Assembly (NCBI RefSeq): GCF_032062105.1
Contig: NW_026920581.1
Location: forward strand, 992,001 to 1,056,000
Reading direction: 5' to 3'
DNA: 64,000 nucleotides
DNA from: Saccostrea cucullata
Lineage: Eukaryota
The notes under the pieces were generated by a model. That model was not told where the DNA came from. It did not search any database and worked only from the letters and a program-made list of their open reading frames with translations. Of the stretch, positions 52,636 to 64,000 are shown in pieces. Numbering within the stretch: position 1 is the first letter of the stretch; each line of letters starts with the position of its first letter. A program made the translations under genes and the position numbers.

Positions 52636-55600
52636 TTATACAACTGTGATCGTCTTATTAAAACCAAGAAATTTCTTAATTCGTCTACGAAGGCTCTTCT
52701 TCAAATTGGTGCATACAGTGGCCTGAAATAAAAAAAAAGTAAGATAAGCTATCACACCTCTTTAAGTCCTTCAGTTTGTTATTAAATAATGAATACATTT
52801 TTAAGTTGATATTATAAACTTGCCATTGTTGCTTCAGATGTACAGGTTGTGGAGGTTGTGGAATATTCGTTTACTGGGCAACCAACAATGGGCACAGACA
52901 TTTCATTGCAAGTGGTGATCTGTCTTGCATCATTCTAGAATAAAAGAAATTAGGAATATTTCAAACAATATAGAAATCTAGATCCAATGAATTTAATCTA
53001 ACAAAACATTTTAATACAAATACTTTTTCTCTATTTTACGTATCAAAAAGCCCAAAGGACCGAGTTACGACCACATTTCTATTAAATCAGACAAATATGT
53101 CAATTTACTATTTACTGTCACCTTATAATCATTTGGCAATCTAAGCAATAGGGAGTATAAATGAAGAGGTTAAACATGTATATACCTTGAATTCGGTAAT
53201 TCCGAATAGAAAGAGCCTTCTTGGAATGAAATGGTCCTCCTCATCATCTGTCAATTGCTAAATAAAGGACACAATATTTAAAAACATATTTGTTTGTTAT
53301 AACTACAGTATTTATCATTTTATCATTAGGTATTGTACTCAGTACTTAAAAAAAATCAATGAAGACATAACACTTAGTGTAATTCATTATATACAATCTC
53401 AATAATCTCTTTTCGCCAATAGTTTATCTTCATTCAGTTGTCTTAGCTATTATAAAAAATACTTTTCTGAAGTCAAGAATAACATACCTGTATATTACTC
53501 AGGTTCTGTCCATGCTGATATACATCTGGTTCTGGCTTCTCATCTTTGCAAAGTTCTGCAGGTTTGCTGAATGAATTAAAAAACGATTTTAAGAATCCAC
53601 AAAATAAACTGAAGAATGAAAAAAACAATCATATAAAAAGACCACAGAACATTACTTGAAAAAGACACACAAGGGATGGAATACCTTAAATCCTTATCCA
53701 TCTCTTTCTCTTGGAGCGGATCCTTGAGCTTTTCTGTTATCCCATTTCTCTGGTTCTCTGACGTAACTTCCTGTGGTTTCTCTGGCGCCTTCACCTGTGC
53801 ATCTTCCTTTGGAACTGCTTTCTGAATTTCTCTTTCTACACCATATTCTTGTCCTTTAGTTTGTAATCGAGTTTCCTAATCATAAGTATGAAGATATATT
53901 TTGATATTTTTGAACATATTTATACCCCCCGATATTACGATCCATAATTAAAAATGCGATATAACTATATTAAATACCCTTGTTATATACTTTGAATTTC
54001 AAAAAAAAAAAAAATATTCGGAACGTTTACAAACCTCCTCTTTTCTTCTTTCATTTTCTTCCACTTCCGTAGCCCAGCTGTATGTAAACTTCAAAACGTC
54101 TAGCTTAGCATCCTGAAAAATATATAAATAAATGCATTTTAAATACATGTATCTTTAAAAATTTATTCATTGGTATATGGTGTATCTATATTTTTAAACA
54201 TGTATTAAGAAGTCGGTAAAACATTCTCTTGTGCACTGTACATGGACACGTATTTTGTCATTAATACGAAATTACTTACTAAACTTTTAACCGGCTCTTC
54301 ACCAAAGTCCAGAAATTCTTGTCTACAAAGAAAATTGTGAAAGATTCAGCAACAGTCTAAATGCATAGTTCTATATAGCATGGTAAGTCAGCTTGCGTGG
54401 TAGTTCAGTAACTTTATTCCTGTTCCAAAAATACTGAATTAAAAAAATTCTGTTGATAGATTTAAACATTACCCATAAATGGTTCTGTTTTCTCCGTCTG
54501 ACACCCACTGTTTCTGCTTCGTGAAATCTGCAGCTTCCAAAGCTCTCTCATTTGCTTCCTGGAAGACAAAATTGTTCATGCATTATTTTAAGGAATCATC
54601 TCATTCCACATACCGGTACTAGTATTGTTTGTTTGTCAAATGGTTGTTTTGTTTTTCACGATAGATATAAATAATAATATAATAAGTGACCACATTTCAG
54701 CATCAGGCAAGTAAGTAATTTGTCTTGTGTACCAATTATTTTTATCAGAGATAAAATGTAGGAGGCTGATATGTATTTACCTCGGCCATTCTTTCTTCTT
54801 TCTCCACTTCATCTACCCAACTGTAATTAAATTCTAAGATCTCCAACTTTGCATCCTGGAAATAGATCATGAAGTGTTCGGGAGAAATATTTTTTAAAAA
54901 TTCAAAGAATGTGAAAAAACTTATAATTTATACACAAGACTACTTACCAAATTTTTAACTGGCTCCTCGCCAAAATCAAGAACTGATTGTCTAGAAAGAA
55001 ATAATAAAAGATTTAAAAAATGTTCATTTCATATACTAGTAGAGAACTGTAAACCGGATTGTTTTGGAGTATCAGAATAATATTTTAGATATTACCCATC
55101 GACGGATTTAACGTCATCTGACTGGAGTTGTTTCATGTTATCTGTTGTCTCCAAAGGTTGCTTTTCCACGTCCTAGAAAACAAATTTTGTCACAATAAGA
55201 TTGATTCCTTTCTATCTTAGGACAAAAACAATCCCTTTTTCTCTTATATGTTATGCCATCACAGTAATAAAACATTAAAAGCATTAATGTTGCTAGTTAT
55301 CTCTAATGATTACTATGAAAATAAATAAAGAGAAAAACTATTTTTTGCTATCATTGTCTGTAAGAGTTATTAGCAATTCATAATAATTCTTCTTCTAGTT
55401 CTTAAGCATTTTTACGAGCACAATAAATTAAGTTTATATTTGTATACTTTTACCTTTATTATTTTCTCTTCCCTCTCCACTTCAGTAACCCAGCTGTAAT
55501 TAAACTTTAAAATCGCCAGTTTGGTATCCTAAAAAAAAAATTAAGCACAATTTTTTGCAAACTTTGAAGACATACGTACTTCAAAAATCAAATTACCGGT

Positions 55601-55905
55601 ATGGTTTTAAAAATTTCTTTAATTTTATTTATAAAAAAATTTACAATTTTTTGCATTAATGTTGAAACAATGTTATTTACAAATAACAACCATAGCCTAT
55701 ATGCTTTCCACGTCTTTGACTGCGTCAGTTCCAAAATCCAATTTGTCATACATGCTTTTCTACAAGGATATATAGAATATGAAATGGAAAACGTAAAAAA
55801 AAAAGAAAACATGGATAATGAAAAGATAAATGCAAAAATTCTTAAATTGAACCTGCACTTAAAAAGAATTTTTGTTAGTTATGTTAGCGACTTTACCTCC
55901 GACAT
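52636..55905 (-). CDS. Uncharacterised ~358-aa acidic protein with three exon-encoded LDFG/YSW modules
   Basis: Exons (minus) 55905-55897, 55759-55709, 55528-55454, 55172-55096, 54990-54948, 54855-54781, 54558-54473, 54322-54280, 54112-54035, 53875-53685, 53566-53488, 53257-53186, 52934-52824 (GC donor) and 52722-52636 give one open frame. The first two exons are less certain. Confidence 0.72.
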
Positions 55906-57038
55906 CTTTATCCAAGTTTTGTTGTAGCGACAATTGTTTCGTCACATCCATTGTTCCGTTCGACATCATATGTTATTATGACGTCAGACTCATCACTCTG
56001 TGTTATCATGACGCTTTTTTTTTTTTTTTTTAACAAATGAAGGTTTGATAAACCTGGGATATTGATCTCAAAACATCGGTGCGTTTTTTATTGCTTAAAG
56101 GAAAGAACAGTAATCTAAATTAGAATCAGATTGATTGATGCTTTACGCCGAATCGGCAATATTCCAGGCTTATATATGGGCGAAAGTAGAATCAGAAAGA
56201 CACCTGTAATCTAACGGTAATTATAGCAAAGAGAAGCCAGAGCTCAGAAAATGTTTTGTATTGAGTCAAGAGGTCCAACATTATAAAATACTACCCCAAA
56301 ACAAGACCAACTTTAATATTGATGGTACCTGATCCCGCTTAGGCTAAGATGTTTTCAATTTAGAGGTCCATATTTGCTCTGCTCTCGATCTGTATGTTTA
56401 ATTGAACTTTGACCTTGAATTTTGTTTGTTTTCTACCTATTTCATGTAAAAAAAAAATTTTGAAGGAAGTAGAACGTTTAGAGAACTAAACATCACTAGA
56501 ATTCTCTAGACCTCTGTCATGTTGAGTACAATTGTATTTTTTTATTCCAAAACTCAAGAAAACAATCCAAGGAAGAGTTGACAATTTAGGTAAGCCATGG
56601 AGTACACTTCATCAATGATTTGTGAACATCCCTAAACGATAATGTATTGTGGTGCTCTAACCATGGATACAAAAACATTTGTGAGTAAAGGAATACGTCG
56701 AGGGGTAGAAATTGTTAAGAAACTGCTGTTTGTAGATAGCACTTTCCAAGTGTTTCGGAATATTATAAAAATGCACTATTCCAGGACATGTATAAATCTT
56801 AAAAATTAATGAAAATGTTAAAATCGACGGTAAATCTGATTCGATGTTTTCCCGTTGATATCTTTTGTGAAAAAAAAAAACCACCACCACAACAGCAACC
56901 AAAAAAAAAAAAACCAAAGTATCTATTCACTTGCCTTCAACGACAATCATACAGAACAAAAATAGCTTAGTGAACAAATGATGCTGAACGGTTTTATTGC
57001 ATCTGTATTAGAATATCACAGGACTATTGTACAATCGT

Positions 57039-57727
57039 TTATCCGACGCTCATGTCCGGGGGTACGGTGCTGCTGGGGACGACGCACGGCCCGTCGTACG
57101 CCACTACCACGTTATCGTCATTCCTGTAAAAGGGAATAAAACATTGCTTATCAAAGTGGGGTGGTACATATTTTATTATGAACTGTTGTCACATATCAGA
57201 GGAGTTTACATGATACCATAAAAGTGTAAAATGTGCAGATGGTACCTCTTGTTTAGTATCTTTGTGTAACAGTAGCATTCTATGATTATATTAAATTTTC
57301 GTTTTACTATATAATTTGTGTTCACATACATGTATTTCATAAAAATGTTCTGTGTTCCAGGTGGGGAAAGGTAGATAATGAAACACACCAAAGTATAAGT
57401 ACAGACTGTCAATCATACAGGACTTACAGACAATTGTGTACTCTCAGTAGGCAGTCATTGGCATACGTGTTTCCATCAGATCCACAAATGGGTCGATAAA
57501 TGCGGGGACATATTTGGTTACAGTGGGCTTCCCGCTCTATTGCTGAGCAGTCTGCAAAAAATATGTTTGAATTGTACAATGCTACAATTGGTTGTATTAT
57601 CACGGTAAGTTTGACGGAATACACCCTCCTCCCCCTCCCCCTCAATCCTTGCTTCCCCCGACGCATTCTAACCATACATATACTTACGTACAATGAAGCA
57701 CAAGACAAAACACAAAGCAAACTTCAT
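57039..57727 (-). CDS. Secreted single-domain Kazal-type serine protease inhibitor (82 aa, P1 = Arg)
   Basis: Exons 57727-57688 ([13 protein letters not shown]), 57551-57428 ([31 protein letters not shown]) and 57123-57039 (VAYDGPC..stop); six-Cys Kazal pattern. Confidence 0.92.
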
Positions 57728-58319
57728 TTCTACAATAATCCTCACGATAAAATGAATCGCACTTTTGTACCGTATGGGAAATGGATCAGCTGTTAGATTA
57801 TCATGTGAAAATAAATTTTCTAGAGCTCCATGTAATGAATTTAAAAAATATATATAATCTAATAAATAAACAGTTTCTTTTAATATAGATAGTCGACAAT
57901 ATAACGTAGCAAAACAGAATCTTTCTGACCTTTTATATACATGTATACATATCAGCATAGATTTATTGTCTCGTCTAATCCATATCGATTACCTTCACAT
58001 TTATCGACAAAATGTATGAAATCTAGTCCACATATTTTGCAATATTCTGTTAAATCATTCATCCTATCCATTGATTGAAATTTAAGTATACGATGTTGTA
58101 TATCTAATCAGACATCAATATCCACGATAAGGTCGATCTTAGCTCTCTTGTTATACTTGTAACTTCAACAATATTGTCTCTCTTATTGGACTCTTAAGGT
58201 AGACGGAAACTTAAAAAGAGATTTCAAATGCCCTCAGATCCATTTACATGCTTTTTTACCTTGTGTACATATAGATTTGTTCTTATTTTTCCGCACTGCT
58301 TGAGTTAATTTAGAAAAAG

Positions 58320-61300
58320 ATTTCTACTCATTGGTCAAACACAGGAACTCTATCTTTATGTATTTAACTAGTCGTTTGATCAACGAAAAAAAAAGATATA
58401 CAGCATATCATATTAATCTCGAAATGATTAATGGGTAGGGAATTTGGATTCATATCAAAGACAACAATCATACAAGAAAATGTAAATAAAAATAGTTTAT
58501 TTAAATCTCAAAAGAAAATTGAAATAGAAAAATGGTCAGTTTCAAATTCATTTTCAATATAATCACGTAAAACAAAATTGAATGTAATTATTTTGAATGA
58601 AATTGCATTCTTGTCCACTGCAATTCTTATTAAGATAAGCTGTTACAGTAGTAATTCTCATCTGAATAAAGAAATATACGAATCAGTCAAAGAAAAGTGT
58701 TCATTTCATCTGGAGGTTCTCGAATACAGTACCCTAAGTAGTTGTTCGATTAAAAAAAGTCATAGGTTGCTTTATCGAAAAGTCCTTCGAGAAAGTTTTG
58801 ATTGTAAATTTTCATTCATATCAAACAGAACAAATATTTTGCAGGATTTATTCTCTTCGAAATAAAAAAAAAATCCACTGATCAGTCAAAGTCAAGTTTT
58901 CCTTTCTTCGGAATGTTTTGCGCATACCAAAATTTTTCATCAGTACGTAACTTTGTCGAAATGTCTTTGGACACAAATACTAATGGTTAATTTTGATTCC
59001 TATAACAGAGAACAAATATGAATTTTAAAAAAAAACAAAACAATTATTCACTTCAAGTTTTTTTTAAAAATTCAGAAATAGAAATTGTGTGGATTCAGTT
59101 ACAAATTGACTAAGTTTATTTTGATTGGTCAATTTGCAAGGCATTACAACGTGTTGCATTGTATTGCAGCAGAGTGCAGTCAAGCACAATTATTACACAT
59201 GTCAGTGTAATGGAGATATTCCCCCACCATCCACCCTTCAAAGGCAGCCTTTATATACATTTTTCCTTTGCGACTGAAAGTAAGTTGTAAAATTTGCATA
59301 ATGTGTGTTTGTTACAAAGTTCGATAACTCAAATTATGGCCCTTTGACCAACGTAGATAAAACGATCTTTGCTTTCTGCTTTATATTATGCAAATGTTCA
59401 GACTATGCTTACAGTCGGCAAGTTTGTAAACTATATAAGACTTCATACAGTCTTTTCCAGGATGAACAAGTGTCAATGGCAGAGTGACTTACAAAATTGT
59501 CACTTGTAAAGTTTGGTGTTAATGTGAGTTTATCTCACTAACCAAGGCTTGCCCTATAAAAACCAGACTTTAGAAAGCGCGTATGATTGTTCTAAATTGA
59601 AGTCGGCGCTTTGTATTATTGTGTCTCGGAAATGTTATTCGTTTGTCAAAGAAGAATGTCCATTTCTATGACTGTTTTGCATACCCCAATAAGGCATCAC
59701 AACAAGATAATGTAACTTTATCACAAAGTATTGTCGATATTATTGATGTCTTATTCAGAAACATATAGAAAGATAATGACCCTATTAAAGTTCATCTAAT
59801 AATTATAAACAAACCTACGAATAATTGTAGATAAACCTTAGAAGAACATTAAGTAGGAAAATGAGAACATCTTCAACATGATTTTCATAAAATCATACTT
59901 GAATTAATATTGACCAAGTATGTTTTAAATAGACAGTACTTCAAACAGTACAATGTAATGCACTGCAGTTTAGTTATATCTTTATTTAAAAGGAGAATTA
60001 ATTAGCTTGCAACTATTAGAACTCAACTCAACACAAAAGTTCCTCTGGGTGTTTCGCATATACCCAATCAGATTTTGATATTAACAGATCAGCAAAAGTA
60101 ACCGTTGTTTTGATGAGAACTCAGCTCTGAGTACTGTTCTAAGGGTAAATTCCGTTATCCTTCTTGGTATCAATATCTGTATCAATCTAAAACATTTCTA
60201 CCCATCAGTCAAACACAAGAATTCTATCTATATATATATCTAAACTAGTGGTTTTTACCAAAGAAAAAAACCAGATATACGGTACAACTCATATAAGTAA
60301 TCACTGCATTGTTAATTTGGATTCTTATCAAAGACAACAGGCCTACCAGAAAATATGAGTAAAATATTCTATTCAGTTTGTTTTTCAAATCCCTTTAAAA
60401 AGAAAACTGAACTAGAAAAATAGTCAGTTTCAACCTTATTTTCCATAAAATCAATAAAAACAAAATTGAATGTCATGATTTTGACTTCAACATTGCATTC
60501 TTGTCCAGTGCAATTCTTATCAAGATAATCTGTTACAGTAGTAATTCTCATCCGAATAAAGAAATTTATGAATCGGTCAAAGACAAGTGTTCATTTCATC
60601 TGGAGGATTTCGCTTACCCAAAATAGTTGTTGAAAAAATAGAAATAGGTTACTTTATCGAAAAGTCCTTCGATAAATTTTTGATTGTTAATTTTCATTCA
60701 TGCAAAAGAGAACAAATATTTAGAAATTGCGAATAAAAAAAAATCCCCATTAATTAAAAAAAAATTTCTGGAACACAAAATAAGAAAGGTGTTGATTGCA
60801 GTAAAATTATTGTTAGGATACTCTTTGAAATAAAAAAAAATCCACTCATCAGTCAAAAAGTCGGAATGTTTTGCGCATACCAAAATTTTTCATCAGTACG
60901 TAACTTTGTCGAAATGTCTTTGGACACAAATACTAAAATTTTGATTCCTATCAATACGTAACTTTGTAAAAAAAAACAAAACAATTATTCACTTCAAGTT
61001 TTTTTTAAAAACACAAATACGTGATGGTTAATTTTGATTCCTATGCAGCAGAGTGCAGTAATCTATATAGATCAATGCATACTATCTTTGCAAGAGAAGC
61101 TCACACATATTGGTCCGACCAAAATAATTCCATCATGATAAGTAGATACAACATTATTGTTCATGATAAGAGTAAAGTTGTGTAAAATGTGAATTAAAAA
61201 AAAAAATAACAATTATTCACTTCAAGTTTTTTTGTTTGATTAATTAGTCATTCTTCGATTCATATCTTTTTTTATATCAACAATTGTATTTACATGTTTA

Positions 61301-64000
61301 TAGTCCGTTAATTATCATACAATTTGTTCTTAAAGAAAAAATTCAGAAATAGAAATAGTGTGGATTTTCAATCAGGGTATGTGTTTTTCGAATTCAGTTG
61401 CAAATTGACTAAGTTTATTTTGATTGGTCAATTTGCAAAGCATTACAACGTGTTGCATTGTATTGCAGCAGAGTGCAGTATCTTAAACAAGCACAATTAT
61501 TACACTAGTCAGTAATGGAGATATTCCCCCACCATCCACCCTTCAAAGGCAGCCTTTATATACATTTTTCCTTTGCGACTGAAAGTAAGTTGTAAAATTT
61601 GCATAATGTGTGTTTGTTACAAAGTTCGATAACTCAAATTATGGCCCTTTGACCAACGTAGATAAAGCGATCATTGCTTTCTGCTTTATATTATGCAAAT
61701 GTTCAGTCAATGCTTACAGTCGGCAAGTTTGTAAACTATATAAGACTTCATAGAGTCTTTTCCAGGATGAACAAGTGTCAATGGCAGAGTGACTAAGAGA
61801 ATTGTCACTTGTAAAGTTTGGTGTTAATGTAAGTTTATCTCACTAAACAAGGCTTGCCCTATAAAAAGCAGACTTTAGAAAGCGCGTATGATTGTTCTAA
61901 ATTGAAATCGGCGCTTTGTATTATTGTGTCTCGGAAATGTTATTCATTTGTCAAAGAAGAATGTCCATTTCTATGACTGTTTTGCATACCCCAATAAGGC
62001 ATCACAACAAGATAATGTAACTTTATCACAAAGTATTGTCGATATTATTGATGTCTTATTCAGAAACATATAGAAAGATAATGACCCTATTAAAGTTCAT
62101 CTAATAATTATAAACAAACCTACGAATAATTGTAGATAAACCTTAGAAGAACATTAAGTAGGAAAATGAGAACATCTTCAACATGATTTTCATAAAATCA
62201 TACTTGAATTAATATTGACCAAGTATGTTTTAAATAGACAGTACTTCAAATAGTACAATGTAATCCACTGCAGTTTAGTTATATCTTTATTTAAAAGGAG
62301 AATTAATTAGCTTGCAACTATTAGAACTCAACTCAACACAAAAGTTCCTCTGGGTGTTTCGCATATACCCAATCAGATTTTGATATTAACAGATCAGCAA
62401 AAGTAACCGTTGTTTTGATGAGAACTCAGCTCTGAGTACTGTTCTAAGGGTAAATTCCGTTATCCTTCTTGGTATCAATATCTGTATCAATCTAAAAATT
62501 TCTACCCATCAGTCAAACACAAGAATTCTATCTATATATATATCTAAACTAGTGGTTTTTACCAAAGAAAAAAAAAACCAGATATACGGTACAACTCATA
62601 TAAGTAATCACTGCATTGTTAATTTGGATTCTTATCAAAGACAACAGGCCTACCAGAAAATATGAGTAAAATATTCTATTCAGTTTATTTTTCAAATCCC
62701 TTTAAAAAGAAAACTGAACTAGAAAAATAGTCAGTTTCAACCTTATTTTCCATAAAATCAATAAAAACAAAATTGAATGTCATGATTTTGACTTCAACAT
62801 TGCATTCTTGTCCAGTGCAATTCTTATCAAGATAATCTGTTACAGTAGTAATTCTCATCCGAATAAAGAAATTTATGAATCGGTCAAAGACAAGTGTTCA
62901 TTTCATCTGGAGGATTTCGCTTACCCAAAATAGTTGTTGAAAAAATAGAAATAGGTTACTTTATCGAAAAGTCCTTCGATAAATTTTTGATTGTTAATTT
63001 TCATTCATGCAAAAGAGAACAAATATTTAGAAATTGCGAATAAAAAAAAATCCCCATTAATTAAAAAAAATTTCTGGAACACAAAATAAGAAAGGTGTTG
63101 ACTGCAGTAAAATTATTGTTAGGATACTCTTTGAAATAAAAAAAATCCACTCATCAGTCAAAGTCAAGTTTCCCTATCTTCGGAATGTTTTGCGCATACC
63201 AAAACTTATAATAAATATGTAACTTTGTCGAAATGTCTTTCGACACAAATACTGATGGTTAATTTTGATTCCTATAACAGAAAACATTAAAGAAAATGTG
63301 AATTTAAAAAAAAACAAAACAATTATTCACTTCAAGTTTTTTTTTTAAATTCAGAAATAGAAATAGTGTGGATTTTCAATCATATTTCGAATTCAGTTAC
63401 AAATTGACTAAGTTTATTTTGATTGGTCAATTTGTAAGGCATTACAACGTGTTTCTTTGTATTGCAGCAGAGTGCAGTATTTTAAACAAGCACAATTATT
63501 ACACTTGTCAGTGTAATGGAGATATTCCCCCACCATCCACCCTTCAAAGGCAGCCTTTATATACATTTTTCCTTTGCGACTGAAAGTAAGTTGTAAAATT
63601 TGCATAATGTGTGTTTGTTACAAAGTTCGATAACTCAAATTATGGCCCTTTGACCAACGTAGATAAAACGATCTTTGCTCTCTGCTTTATATTATGCAAA
63701 TGTTCAGTCAATGCTTACAGGCGGCAAGTTTGTAAACTATATAAGACTTCATAGAGTCTTTTCCAGGATGAACAAGTGTCAATGGCAGAGTGACTAAGAG
63801 AATTGTCACTTGTAAAGTTTGGTGTTAATGTGAGTTTATCTCACTAAACAAGGCTTGCCCTATAAAAAGCAGACTTTAGAAAGCGCGTATGATTGTTCTA
63901 AATTGAAATCGGCGCTTTGTATTATTGTGTCTCGGAAATGTTATTCATTTGTCAAACAAGAATGCCCATTTCTATGACTGTTTTGCATACCCCAATAAGG
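58320..64000. repeat. ~2-kb-unit tandem array (about 3 copies, runs off the window end)
   Basis: ATGGAGATATTCCCCCACC at ~59210, ~61515 and ~63517; GATTC(T/A)TATCAAAGACAAC at ~58447, ~60321 and ~62626. The first copy is more diverged, and 60940-61340 is a jumbled junction. Confidence 0.9.

Noticed and set aside
55897-55951. Upstream ATG (MDVTKQLSLQQNLDKDVG) as start of the LDFG/YSW gene
   Set aside because: It ends in phase 1 and hits stops when joined to either downstream exon; only the ATG at 55905 is in frame.

Overview
AT-rich, intron-containing eukaryotic DNA. The repeat landscape (Helentron/HINE-like elements with ~140-170 bp internal tandem arrays, a V-core tRNA-SINE, TA-target MITEs) suggests a bivalve, probably an oyster; this is inference. 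Seven spliced protein-coding genes were reconstructed by hand from splice sites and reading-frame continuity: (1) the 3' part of SLC35F6 (+); (2) an orphan type-I single-pass membrane protein (-); (3) a TRPC-family channel (+) whose first exon is scrambled with repeat DNA, probably a mis-merged haplotype; (4) a Shaw/Kv3-like K+ channel (+); (5) a secreted C-type lectin with a PEPTT mucin tail (-); (6) an unrecognised 14-exon protein built from three exon-encoded LDFG...YSW..EVE modules (-); (7) a single-domain Kazal inhibitor (-). The window ends in a ~2-kb-unit tandem array. The most striking theme is tandem amplification at splice sites: a ~80-copy 27-bp minisatellite that is an amplified in-frame 5' splice donor, capped by a MITE-supplied stop codon; a ~9-copy degenerate array of a 3' splice acceptor in the TRPC gene; and a 23-bp minisatellite that forms a ~1.7-kb AG-free zone ahead of an acceptor. 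All exon models are predictions without transcript data.
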